A stretch of DNA of 64,000 nt from NCBI RefSeq assembly GCF_009914755.1, contig NC_060932.1, one strand, 5' to 3'. Made by a program: the position numbers and the translations under genes. Position 1 is the first letter of the stretch. The number at the start of each line of letters is the position of its first letter. Below are positions 1-14,184 of the stretch, piece by piece. Below the pieces are notes generated by a model that was not told the DNA's origin, did no database searches, and saw only the letters and a program-made list of their open reading frames with translations. This DNA is from the human T2T-CHM13v2.0 reference genome, Homo sapiens.

Positions 1-1439
1 ATCTGGCCTCACCAAAAGCAAGAACAGACGGGGAATATAGTTCATCATTGGCTTAGGAAGAAAAGGAGAAAACTGACACTAGTGAGCACAGCCTTCTTTG
101 TTACAATTGCTAAATATTTATATGTCAAAAATCACTATAAAAACTAAATATTAAATTTGAGGAAAAATTGTCAGAGGGCTGAAAGAATTATAATATTTAA
201 TGTATGGTTATGTTAGAAAAGGAGTTAATTTTGACAAGTTATAATCAATTAAAATTCCAGAGATAGTAGATGTAGACTGTACTGTCTTCTGAAGTATGTA
301 TGGAATGTTTACAAAAATAATCACATATTTTGCAGTGAAGAAAACTTCAATGGAAGAGAGTAGATGGGTTATAAGTCGACTTCATAAATTAATTCATTGA
401 TTTTATGTAAATTGTTTACTTTGTGACAGTGATTCTTACAACTATGTATGAGTATAACCACATAGATAGGCACTTGAAGAAAACCTTGGAATATTAGAAA
501 AGGCTTTCTATAAAATGTGACATCTGGAATTGATTAAGAACTCATAGGAATTTAATAATTCATATAATTAAGTTTATATCAGAAGTCAGTGAAAAATGAA
601 GTGTTATTAAACAAACACATTGGTGTAGTATATTAGTAATTTGAGAAAAACATATATGTTTAAACAATTCTATTTAAAATAAGATCAATTTGATTAATAT
701 AAAACATCAAATTTCTGACTAACAATAGAGTTTTCTAAATCAAGATGAAGAGAAATATACTGCAAGTTGGAAATGGAAGAAAAAATATCTAAATGAACAT
801 GTAATATACATATTATTATTATTTTGAGTGAAAAAAGTAATTTTATTACAATGCAACCTAGAAAATATGTGTGCAGAAAATAATACTAAAATTATATAAA
901 GAGTTAAGACAAATAAATATATCAGTATTAAAGAACAGAGGTGGAGAAATCACAAATATAAAGAAATATTTTAAAACTGAAAATGCTTACTTGCATCAAT
1001 ACTTAAAGATATCACAGGCAAGTTTTTTTGAGTATTAAATTAAACCCCTGAAATAATACATTGTGAATAAGATAAAATTAGAATTCCAACCCTGTATAAG
1101 AGTTTCTATAAATTGGTCCATATGTCTTCAAACTTACCAAAATATTCATATGTTTTCACATTTTTATTCTCCTTCTGATGTATTTTTGTATAAACCTAAA
1201 ATACTAGAAAAATAATTTCTGTAAAGAGTTGTTCATTAAAACATCACACACACACACACAAGTATATATGTGAAAAATGTAAGTTTTCTAATTGCTTTAT
1301 ATAGTAACATTTAACCTATTTTACATATACATTTCATACTTTTATGATACTAGTGAAACATTTTTAGGATGTAATAATTTAGAAATTGGCCATGACATTT
1401 TAACATTCAAAGAATAAACATAATTAAAAATCATATGCA

Positions 1440-2082
1440 TGTTGTAACTACAATTGCATTTAAAATGCAGATATGAAGGGTTTCTAAATAAAGGCAAAAA
1501 AGATTCAATCTTATAGAAAAATAAATTAGAGAAATAGACAATTCATAGGTAAAGAAATATGAATAGATTTAAACATGAAAATTGCTAAACCCCACTCATA
1601 AAATAGAAAAACAAATTAAATTGGCACTGAAAATCCATTTGTTATTTATCAAATTGAAAAAAGGGGTCTAGAACTATAATGTGTTGGTGAGGCTTTGAGA
1701 AAATGTGTAATATATTTTTATTTATAATATATATATAGAAAATTAGCTATATTTACAACTACATATATATTTACTCTTTGATCTAGCAGTTATACTTTAG
1801 GAATATATTTCAAACAAAATTGTGATAAAAATATAAAAGATATATGCATAACCTTACTTATTGCAACATTCCTTTAAGAAGAAAAGAAGGCAAGTGAAAT
1901 ATCCACTAAGTAAGAAACAGGTTGAATAAGAAAGTGGTTTAAAAACTACTATATACACAAAATGGAGTAGTGTGGATCTATCAGAAGCAACAAGGAATAT
2001 TAGTACATACTAGTTTGTGGATTGAATGCCAAGATATATTTTTAAGTAAAAGAATAAAGGTTGAGTAAAGTGTATATAGTCA
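1440..2082 (+). mobile_element. Old degenerate L1 (L1MC/L1ME-type) 3' region fragment
   Basis: Degenerate L1 3'-end motifs (gtgttggtgaggctttgagaaa; ctctttgatctagcagttatactttaggaatatat); resemblance by eye, boundaries approximate. Confidence 0.55.
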
Positions 2083-2154
2083 AGCGTGTACACCCTTTCT
2101 TTTTTGATTACTACCATATGACTGCATACACTTTACTCAACCTTGATTGTTTTA

Positions 2155-3167
2155 CTTAAACTAAAAAGCTTCTGTACAACAAAACAAATAATCACAAGAG
2201 TTAACAGACAACCCACAGAGTGGGAGAAAATTTTCACAATCTATACATCTGACAAAGGACTAATATCCAGAATCTTCAAAGAATTCAAACAAATGAGCAA
2301 GAAAAAAAAAAAAAAAGAAAACAAACAATCCCAACAAAAAGTGGGCTATGGACATGAACAGACAATTTCCAAAAGAAGATATACAAATGGCCAACAAGCA
2401 TATGGAAAAATGCTCAACATCACTAATTATCAGGGAAATGCAAATCAAAACCACTATGTGATACCATCTTACTCCTGTAAGAATGGTTATAATAAAAAAA
2501 TAGATGTTGGGATGGATGTGCTGAAAAGGGATCACTTTTACACTGTTGGTGGGATATAAACTAGTATAACCACGATAGAAAATATTGTGGAGATTCTTTA
2601 AAGAACTAAAAGTAGATCTACCATTTGATCCAGCAATTCCACTACTAGGTATCTACCCAGAGGAAAGGAAGTCATTATACGAAAAAGATACTTGCACACA
2701 CATGTTTATAGCAGCACAATTTGCAATTGCAGAAATATGCAACCAGCCCAAATGCCCAAATCAATGAGTGGATAAAGAAAATGTGGTATATATATATACC
2801 ATGGAATACTACTCAGCCATAAAACAGAACAAAAGTATTAGCAGCAACCTGGCTGGAATTGGAGACTATTATTCTAAGTGAAGTAACTCAGGAATGGAAA
2901 AGCAAACATTGTATGTTCTCACTCATAAGTGGGAGCTAAGCTATGAGGATACAAAGGCATAAGAATAATACAATGGACTTTAGGGACTTGGAGAAAAGTG
3001 TGGGAGGGGGATGAGAGATAAAAGACTACACATTGGGTACAGTGTATACCCCTTGGGTGACAGGTGCATGAAAACTCAGAAATCACCACTAAAGAACTTA
3101 TTCATGCAAGCAAACACCACCTGTTCCCCAAAAACCTATTGAAATAAAAAATAATTTTTTAAAAAAA
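2155..3167 (+). mobile_element. 5'-truncated L1PB-type element (ORF2 C-terminus, 3'UTR, A-tail)
   Basis: ORF track gives L1 ORF2 C-terminal peptides ([20 protein letters not shown]; DLPFDPAIPLLGIYP); L1PB-like 3'UTR (gggagctaagctatgagga...cacctgttccccaaaaacctattgaaataaaa) and A-rich tail. Confidence 0.9.
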
Positions 3168-3249
3168 GAGGAACCAACCCTGCCAACACCTTAATTTTGG
3201 GCTGCTAGCATCCAAAACTCTGAGACAATAAATTTCTATTGTTTAAGCC
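3168..3249 (+). mobile_element. MLT1 (MaLR LTR) 3' fragment
   Basis: ccctgccaacacctt...tgagacaataaatttctattgtttaagcc aligns by eye with the 3' part of the MLT1 LTR at ~5440-5520. Confidence 0.75.
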
Positions 3250-3259
3250 AAAAAAAGAT

Positions 3260-4741
<1,482 letters not shown>

Positions 4742-4879
4742 TCACCATTTTGTGACCCCAATTAGTTAATAAATCTAGGCAATGATTGTCACTGAGAAGG
4801 AACAGTCAGAAAAAAAAGTGCTGAGTGATTACATCTGTAGGTTTGTATTGCCTGACTGTCTCTCTTTTGTTGCTCTTAA

Positions 4880-6480
4880 CAACCACTGATGACTATTGCT
4901 TTCTATTCTTTTTGCTTGCTCCTCCCATTCTCTATATTTTATAATGTATTATTTCAAGACTCTGTATTTCAATATTCCCTACATAGATTTATTCCAGGTC
5001 ATGGCTTTAGATGTCATTTATACAATGATGATTTCCAAATTGATATCTTCATACCAGGTATCTTCTAGCCACTATATCTGTTTATTCAACATCCGTATTT
5101 AAATGTTTATTTTCAAAATTAAAATACAATTGTTAAGGGTTGAATTATGTCCCCCCTAAAAAGATATGCTCATGTCCTAATGCCTCGAAAGTTTACTTTA
5201 TTTAGAAATATGGTTTTTGCTGCTGTAATTAGTTGAGATAAGCTCAGAATAGAGTTGGGTTCACCACTAAAATAATATGATGGGTTTCCTTATAAAGATG
5301 TTCATGTGAAAACATAGACAGGGAGAATGCCATGTGGTGATGGAAGCAGAGATCAGGGTTATGCTGCCACAGACCAAGGAATGGATGGGGCTACCAGCAG
5401 CTGGAAGAGGCAAGGAGGATCCCACAGAGGGTAAAGAGAGAGCATGGTCCAGCGACACCTTCATGTCAGCCTTTTAGCCTCTAGAGCTGTAAGACAATAA
5501 ATTTCTGTCATTTTAAGCCACTCAATGTGTGCAACTTTGGCTAGCAGCCCTAGGAAACTAACACAATAATCTATCTCCTGATTTTTCCACCTTGACCAAA
5601 TCTGCTCCTCCCTCAGTCTTCTTCTACTAAGTAAATGGCTCCATTCATTCAGGTGTTTAGAACTAAAACCTAGAACTCATCTTTGATTCTTCTGTCTCAC
5701 ACTCTCTATATTTAAACCATCATCAAATCCTGTTGGTTCTACCTTTAAAATACATCCAGAATCTGACTACTTTATAGCAACTTTATTTCCACCACTCAGT
5801 TCCAAGTCACTGCCATTGCTCATCTCTATTACTGAGATAATTTGCTAATTGGTCTACCTCCTTCATCTTTCAACCTCTGCTGTGGATTCTAAATGTACCA
5901 CTCTGAATAATTGCTTTAGAAAACAGTCTGATCATGTTTCTTATTCTCAATATCTCTCAGTATCCTCCAGTGGCTTCCCATATTAGACAAAATTAAAACC
6001 AAAGTCTTTAACTTGGTCTAGAAGAATCTCTATGATCTAGGTTTCTATTATTTCCCATCTTCAATCACTTTCCGTAATATTTGACTTCATCTTATACCAA
6101 CAACTTTATTCCCACTCCAACTATATATGTCACAAAGCCTATTTGCTTGCTGTTGTCTATGCCTAGAATGTTTTTCCTACAGACAGCACATGATTCTCTT
6201 CATCTCCATCTCTTTAAATATGCTTTTATCAGTATAGCCATCCTTGATCTTCCTATTTAATATTTCAACAACCTCAATTTGTATCCTTCTCTCATACTTA
6301 AATTTTCTTCAATGTATTTATCACCAACTGGCATACTATAAAATTTACTTATTTATGTATTGCCCATTGTCTCTCACTAAAATGTATACCCTATTAAAAC
6401 AAATTTTAATTCTTTATTCACTGCTATATCTTAGATCCTAAAAAGAGGTCTAGATCATAATAGGTACTTTATACATACTT
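4880..6480 (+). mobile_element. L2 3' portion, interrupted by the MLT1 LTR
   Basis: Typical L2 motifs (aaatcctgttggttctacctttaaaatacatccagaatctgactactt; cagtggcttccca...aaaaccaaagtcttt) and an L2-like terminus near 6460-6480. Confidence 0.7.
5131..5564 (+). mobile_element. MLT1 (MLT1C-like) solo LTR
   Basis: TG...CA ends (tgttaagggttgaattatgtcccc ... gcagccctaggaaactaacaca); internal ggaagcagagat/gctggaagaggcaagga motifs; AATAAA at ~5496. Confidence 0.85.
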
Positions 6481-7965
6481 ATATAAACTAAAGATTACAG
6501 GGGTTAATGTTAATCACCCTGAGAAAACAAGCTATTTTTAAAAGCCTTATTATGTTTATTGCAAGCATGTGAAATAAAGATTCCATCTATAGATGACATA
6601 TTTCTTCATTATAATATATCCATCAAAACCAGTTTTGGGAATTAAACAGTTTGATTTATGATCTAATTTAAACTGATAAAACCACATTTTTAAAGTAATA
6701 TAAGATTCAATTATTTCACTAAAGTATATCCTTCGTTTACATTGTGCTGATTAGTACTGATGCCAGAGTGCTTGTCAAAATGTGACTTATAATTAAATTT
6801 CCTTTTGCCTAAAATAATCATTAGAAATATGTAATATATGACATCAATGATAAACTTCACTTTTTTATGCCTTTTCTTTATATAAGTTGCATTGCAACAT
6901 GGAAACATAAGCGACTATGAGGCGTCAACTTGCAAATAATCTATTCCAGAATTTTAAATTTGATATTTCTATTCAGTGAGCTTAATACTTCTGGTCATGT
7001 ATGTGTATTAAATAATAATATCTGATTACTAGCAACTTCACATTCTTATAAAATGTCTTTGAAATGTCGAGTTTTCATGCAGAGTAGTTGTCTATTGTAT
7101 TTTACTGCCAAAATAACATGTTTCAAATAGTAAAACGGCAGGGGAATACTGACTGAGCTATTAATAAAACACACCAGCTTTTAGCTGGCAAAGCAGCCTT
7201 CTTTCCATCAAACATGTCTCAGCCTTTAATAAAGAAACTCAAGTGGTGTAGGTGAAAAATTACTTTTCTCACCCGGTCATCTGTCTGTCATGTATTATTC
7301 AGGTCACCAATGTTTGTCCTGAACTGTATCATTCTGTAGTTGTGTCAGGTATGAGATATGTTCAGTGTAATTCCATCAGACTTTGTGAAGTTGATTAGAA
7401 CAGATCACCTTTCGGCATGGGCACAACTTATCTCAGCAGATTGAGTGAAAAAGACTTATTTATCTTTGCCTTATAATAAAGAAAGAGATGAGCAAATTTA
7501 TCCATTAACTTGAAAAGAGTCACATATTTGGTGTGAAAACAAACTACAGTCAGTAATTCTATTGAAAATGCTATAGTACATGAATGTTTCTTCAGGAGAA
7601 AAATAATTGAGTCTACATTTAATAGTATGAAATATTTAAGCAAAGCACACACATTTTATTACAGTCCTTAAAATGGTAAATGTATTTCCTGAAATAAAAT
7701 GATAAAATATAAGAAAAAAATGCCATATCTTTGATGGTTTCCATTGGCTTTTTTGCAGCATTCCTTTTGCAAAGTAATTTGTACTTTGATTTCTTTTTGC
7801 AGAAAATAATCTTCAACATGTAGGCAATCATTATACTATTATATCTTAACTAAAACATAGACTGTTTTACTGTAAGCATTCCAAACACTTAGCAACTCAA
7901 AATAGTCATGATGAGACTTGGACTCATAAAAAGATATGTGAGTTTGTGTAAAGAAACTTAAGATC

Positions 7966-8374
7966 TTGTCTGATATTACCTGGGGTCCTTAAGTTCCTCA
8001 ACTGTCAAATTAACAACTGAAACTAATGGAGAGGAAGCAAGGTGGTATACACCAATCATACAGTTGTGGTCTGTGGTCAAATTTGGATTCAGGCTGGGCG
8101 CGGTGGCTCACGCCTGTAATCCCAGCACTTTGGGAGGCCTAGACGGGTGGATCACGAGGTCAGGAGATCAAGACCATCCTGGCTAACGCGGTGAAACCCC
8201 ATCTCTACAAAAAAATACAAAAAATTAGCTGGGCGTGGTGGCGGGTGCCTGTAGTCCCAGCTACTCGGGAGGCTGAGGCAGGAGAATGGCGTGAATCCCA
8301 GAGGCTAGAGCTTTCAGTGAGCCGAGATAGCGCCACTACACTCCAGCCTGGGCAACAGAGGGAGACTCCGTCTC

Positions 8375-8405
<31 letters not shown>

Positions 8406-9636
8406 GATTCAGCTACTTATTAAATTCATGATTTTTGATATGTTTTTAAAAATGAGAATGAAGTCAAAGGATCATATAGTAGCATATCTAGCACATAGTA
8501 ATGTTTAAGCATTACATCTATTGTTCAAGTATTGACACATCCTCAGATGATTTAGCATAGAACAAAGTAGAAATCAGTGTATGTTATTTAATCTCGTCTC
8601 CAATTGTGGATTCTATGAATTCCTGAAATTATTTTTGAAAAAATATAGAAAATTAGCACTAAAGATAGACTAACATGTTTAGTAGTTTTGCAGGAACAAA
8701 ATTTGTATTACTGTATAAACAGCAAAAACGCATATTGTGAAATCTACTGAGGAATTACTTTATTATTCTTTTTGTACATATATTTTTTCTAGAGTAGCCA
8801 AAAGACTGCGAAAAGCAAAGTTGGGTTTTTTTCTAAGCTGTTTTTCACCCCCTGCTGTCTGGAATGTGTTTTGAAATAGAAAGCTTTAGAAACTGCCTTA
8901 ACTCTTTCTCTACATCACCATTGTACATTTTGCTGTAACTTGTTTTGTGTAGAAACAAAAACAGTATCTTCCTATCTTTCTCCTGTTTTGTAAACCTATA
9001 AGTTTCCTTTTGCTGGGTGCCATAGCTCAAAGCAACAAGTATTTATTAAACTTCAGAGATGTGGCCAATATTGTGCTGGGCTGTGGAGAATACTTGACAG
9101 GTATAGCCTTTGTTCTCACAGAGCCAAATAAGTTTTTGAGCAGGTGAACAGAAAGGCTTACATGTGTAAAGCAAGACGAAAACAACACAGGGCAATTCTA
9201 AATTAAGTGTATCTCAAAGAGCAAATTAAAGCTCCTAGAAAAGTTTTGAGAAGGGGAAATATCTGAATAGAAATATCAAATTTTAAATTCTGGAAGAGAT
9301 TATTTGCAAGTTGATGCCTCATTGTGGCTTATGTTTCCATGTTGCAATATTTAATAGGAGAAGATTAACTTTGTGTAAAATATTTACATTGAAATACAGT
9401 AATGTAAATAGTATTTACCATTTCCATGTGCTAGATATGCTACTGTATGATACTTTTACTTTATTCTTATTTTTAAAAAGATGTCCAAAATCATATATTT
9501 AACATGTAGCTGAGTCCGGATTTGACCAGAGACCACAACTGTATGATTAGTGTATACCACTTTGCTCCTTCTCCATTAGTTTCAGTTGTTAATTTGACAG
9601 ATAAGGAACTTAAGGACCCAAAGTCATGTCAGACAA
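7966..9636. repeat. Long inverted repeat: left arm 7966-8092 + 8413-8503 (split by AluY), right arm ~9419-9636
   Basis: The reverse complement of 9419-9636 aligns without gaps to the left arm once the AluY and one TSD copy are removed; about 28 mismatches in about 218 nt by manual count. Confidence 0.9.
8092..8402 (+). mobile_element. AluY
   Basis: AluY diagnostics (gatcacgaggtcaggagatc, catcctggctaac, gagaatggcgtgaa), long A tail, TSD aaatttggattcag / aaaattggattcag. Confidence 0.95.
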
Positions 9637-10529
9637 AGAAGCAAACTAAATTCATGCTCATCTTACTTTACATTCTAAGATCTTGTATTTTTTAGCAAAA
9701 TTTTTTGTTTGGGATTTTAAGTTCTCCATGTGAATTATTCTTTGGGATCATTTTTTTTTTTTTTTTTGATGGTTTCAAACCTATTGGGATTTAAACAGAC
9801 ATCCAAAGCATACCTCTTTTATTATATAGGTCTGAGATTACCTTTAACCCTGGCTGCAGAGCTGGGCTCTGATTGGTCTGCCCAAATGCAATCAGGGCAA
9901 TATAATTGAAGAGCAGACACATGAGCTAAATTTGTCCAATTGCAGTGAAACTCAGAACCTTTGTGCCATGTTGAAGAGAAAACATATCAACTGTCGCATC
10001 ATAGACCTAACCAGTGAAGTAGAAGCATTTAGCCTTGTGGCTTATAGCAGTCATCTTTTGGCCAAGACAGATATCAGCTTGAGGATGCAGAAGACATGGG
10101 GAAGAAGGAGAAAGAGAATTTTGAAGAAATTATTTAAAACCTTGCATTACTTCTGGACTTCTCAGAAGAATCAACCTATTTCTCTTATTTTTCAATCCAG
10201 TTTAGATTAGATGTGCTGTCACATGTTGCCTTAAGTGCTCTTTGAAAATAGATAAGCATACACATTTTTAAAAAATAAAAAAAATAGAAGTAATATAAAT
10301 TGTGTTTTTTAGACAACTAATTATAGAAGTTAAAGTTATTTTAAATAGCAAATTTTTTTACTAAAAGGATTTGATATAAAATACATACATTAAAAATATT
10401 AAAACATCCCAAAATGTTGAGATTAAACTTGAATACTATCTGAAAGTAATCACACGTAGGAAAATCTATATCACCATCAATAATAAAACAAAGCTAATTA
10501 AAATATATCAGAGAAGTACAAGTAGTTTG

Positions 10530-10666
10530 TGTTGGTGGTGAAGAACATGGGTTTGGGAGTCACATAGAAGTGGGTTTAAATGTCAGTTGAGTAACTCACT
10601 TGCTGTGTGACTTTGGTCAGGTCATTTAACATATCTAACCCTCAGCTTCCTCATCTGTAAAATGTA
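10530..10666 (+). mobile_element. MIR
   Basis: MIR core: gctgtgtgactttggtcaggtcatttaac...cctcagcttcctcatctgtaaaatg. Confidence 0.8.
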
Positions 10667-10819
10667 AAACAGAAAAGGCCACAGTTACTAGAAAAAGATA
10701 TTTAGTATCCATTCTCCTGTTCTAAGAAACATAAGCAATGACTTACCCATTACCAATGAAAGCTTTAGCCTTACTTTTGTCTCCCTCTGTTCTAGATAAA
10801 AATTGAGATAAGTAATCAA

Positions 10820-11123
10820 AGATCAGTGTGGTGGCTTGTGCTTGTAATCCTAGCACTTTGGGAGGTCAAGTGGAAGTATCGCTTGGGTCCAGGAGTTTGG
10901 GACTAGCCTGGGCAACATATCAAGACCCCATCTCTAGAAAAAATTTAAAAGCTAGTTGGGTGTGATGGCACAAGCCTATAGTCCTAGCTACTTAGGAGGC
11001 TGAGGCAGGAGGGTCTCTTGAGCTCAGGAGATTGAGTTTTCAGTGAGTCATGATCATGTCACTACTCCAGCCTGGACAACACAGCAAAACCCTGTCTAAA
11101 AAAAAAAAAAAAAAAAAAAAAAA
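10820..11123 (+). mobile_element. AluJ
   Basis: Diverged dimer with J-type motifs (cgcttgggtccaggagtttg, agcctgggcaacata), A tail, TSD-like agataagtaat / agacaagtaat. Confidence 0.9.
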
Positions 11124-11596
11124 GACAAGTAATAATTTCATTGGCCTTGCTTTTTGGCAACATTTAATTCAGAATTGGCTCAGCTTCCTTAACTTTGCCC
11201 TAGAATCCACCAGCATTATCCCAAATCCTATAAGCCTCATCCAGATCCCTTTACTGAGATATCTCACCATTTCTTCAGAGTATTTTTTCTTTTGCTAAAT
11301 AAATTGCCTTTTAGACTACATGTGTTCCTGGTGGTCTTTGGTTAGTGAGCTTTAATAAGTCATAGGATTGATTCATTCAATTAATCATTCAACTGTATTT
11401 TACAAATATTTAAATCTTAATTTGAGCTTAACTTTATGTTAATTTTTCCAAGAGACTTTATTTTGAAAAAAATCAAACCTACATAAAACTTGAAAGAGTA
11501 ACTCAATGAACACCTATATACTCTTTACCTGAATTCAATTCTAAATATTGCACTAAATTTACAATATTAACTAAGCACCTACTAAATCCTAATTTA

Positions 11597-11891
11597 GGCC
11601 GGATGGGGTGGCTCACACCTGTAATCCCAGCACTTTGGGATGCCAAGGTGGGTTGATCACTGGAGGTCAGGAGTTCGAGACCAGCCTGGCAGACATGCTG
11701 AAATCCCTTCTCTACTAAAAATACAAAAATTAGCCAGGTGTGGTGCACACCTGTAGTCCCAGCTACTCAGGAGGATGAAACATGAGACTCCCTGGAACCC
11801 AGGAAGCTGAGGTTGCAGTGAGCCGAGATCACGTTGCTGCAATCCAGGCTGGGCAAAAGAGCAAGACTCCTTCTCAAAAAATAAAAAATAA
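11597..11891 (+). mobile_element. AluS
   Basis: Full dimer; TSD aaatcctaatt on both sides. Confidence 0.95.
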
Positions 11892-12242
11892 AATCCTAAT
11901 TCAACTAATTATATTTGATAAGTTAAGCAATCCTTCAATCTTTAAAATCTTCTCTTACCTTGGCCTCTTTTTCACAGAATTTATATGGGTATTCTTTCAT
12001 ATCTCCTTCCACACTTTGTTGTTGTCTTTTCAAGACACAACTTTCTCTACTCATCTGTTCCATGGAAGAGTTTATTAAGAATTCATCTTAACCTGTCATT
12101 TTCTGTCTCCATAATCCTTCTCTATAATCTTATTCTTACTCGTAGTTCCAATTAGCAAATATAATTAGAAAAATCCCAAATTTTTATCTCCTATTTTCTG
12201 ACCTCTAGAGCTGTATACATAACTTCTTGCCTTACCTTATCT

Positions 12243-12469
12243 TCTTTTGTTTGTTTGTTTGTTTTGAGCCAGGATCTCACTCTGTCACCCAGGCCGGAGT
12301 GAAGTGGTGTAATAATTGCTCACTGCAACCTAAACCTCCAGGGCTCAAGTGATCCTCCTGCCTCAGCCTCCTGAGTAGCTGGGACTACAGGTTCATGCCA
12401 CCACAGCCGGATAATTTTTTTTTTTTTTTTTTTAGTAAAAAGGAGGTCTTGCTGTGTTGGCCAGGCTGA
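12243..12469 (-). mobile_element. 5'-truncated AluJ
   Basis: Reverse-strand right monomer, T-rich linker and part of the left monomer (gggctcaagtgatcctcctgcctcagcc); TSD ccttatctt on both sides. Confidence 0.9.
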
Positions 12470-12860
12470 CTTCCCTTATCTTTTAGAACTACAAATGACA
12501 TGTCCAACTCAATAAGTATAAAACTAAACCCTTTATCTTCACCCATCCAATCCTGGTTCTTTGTTCTTGTTGTCTGTCACAGGGACTGGCATGATCATGT
12601 TTTGCTCATAAAAGCATGACATCTACAAATCACTGTGACACCTTTTGTAATGGTATTTCCATATATAAGACTGGTAGATTCTCCTCAATCCCCAAATACC
12701 GCTTTACTTGTTGTCTATCAACATGCCCCTTGTCTTAGCTGCCATCATCTCTCATGTGGAATGACTGCAATAGGCTGCTCATTGGTCTACGTGTGTTTTC
12801 TCTTCACCTCTCCAATCCACTCTCTAAAATGAAAAAGGAATAAACTTAAAGACTAAAAAA

Positions 12861-12883
12861 AAAGAAAGAAAGAAAGAAAGAAA
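12861..12883. repeat. (GAAA)n microsatellite
   Basis: aaagaaagaaagaaagaaagaaa seen directly. Confidence 0.9.
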
Positions 12884-13805
12884 GCCTGATCATTTCACAA
12901 CGCTTTGCTTGGTCAAAATTCTTCAGTGTCTTCTGATACTTGGCATAATAAAGATGATACTCCTTAACAGGGTATATAAAGTTCTAATCCTCAGACTGAA
13001 CTATTCCCTTCTATCCTATTCTGGGCACCCTCACCTCATTAAATCTCTTTACGTCCCATGTTTCTACCTATTTCTTTGCATACTTCACCACCTTCAAAAG
13101 GCAAAATGGGTTGCCTTTTGCTCATTTTTTATATTTCATGTCAACTGTCACTTCCAGACTCCCCATGTCTGTAAAAAAATCACCCCATTTTATTCTTTTG
13201 AGATACTATGTATTTCAGCTCTATGTCACTTATGACAATTGAACTTTATATCAGTAAGCAATGCATTCACCTGCAGATACAAACCAAATAAAGCAACAAA
13301 GGGAACGAGTGTGTTTGTCTCCTATCATAAGTCTGGAGCAGGGCCTTGCTGACCTCTCACTCTACCAGCTAGAGGCTGTAGGCCTTTATTCTCTCACTGT
13401 CACTGCTAAGCCTCATGGTCCTTGCTCTTCTCCCAAGTTTCACATTTACATTCCAGACAGAGGAAGTGGAAGTAGGAAGCTTCATACCAGCAGCGTTTTT
13501 TTCTTTATATCAGAAAAGCAAAGGCTTTCCTAGAAATCCCTAGCAGACTCCCTCTTCGATTTAATTGGTCATAACTCTGTTACAATTCTACCACTTACTG
13601 CCATGAACACTGAAATCCACCAAAGCCAGAAGGCAGTTAGAACTGACTGAAAAGAGCTGACTGACAGTGCTGTCTCACAGGTTTATATTATTTACTGGGT
13701 TATTTAATTTATATTTGCCTAGCCCAGTAACTTAGATTTTAAGATCCTTTAGGTCAGGAACTACATTTGTTTTGCTAATAGAAGGCCATCCATAAATACA
13801 AGTAG

Positions 13806-13807
13806 AA

Positions 13808-13838
<31 letters not shown>

Positions 13839-13840
13839 AT
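13806..13840. repeat. (AAAT)n microsatellite
   Basis: About 8-9 aaat units seen directly. Confidence 0.95.
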
Positions 13841-13855
13841 ACATTGCTTTTTCTA

Positions 13856-14184
<329 letters not shown>

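Noticed and set aside
7966-9636. Reading the long inverted repeat as TIRs of a DNA transposon
   Set aside because: No recognisable TIR termini, TSD or transposase remnant, and the spacer contains an ordinary old L2/MIR-like fragment (~9030-9125); kept as an unexplained inverted duplication.
10747-10791. 45-nt minus-strand exon-like segment with GTAAGT donor
   Set aside because: Splice-like motifs only; wedged between a MIR and an Alu, with no other support.
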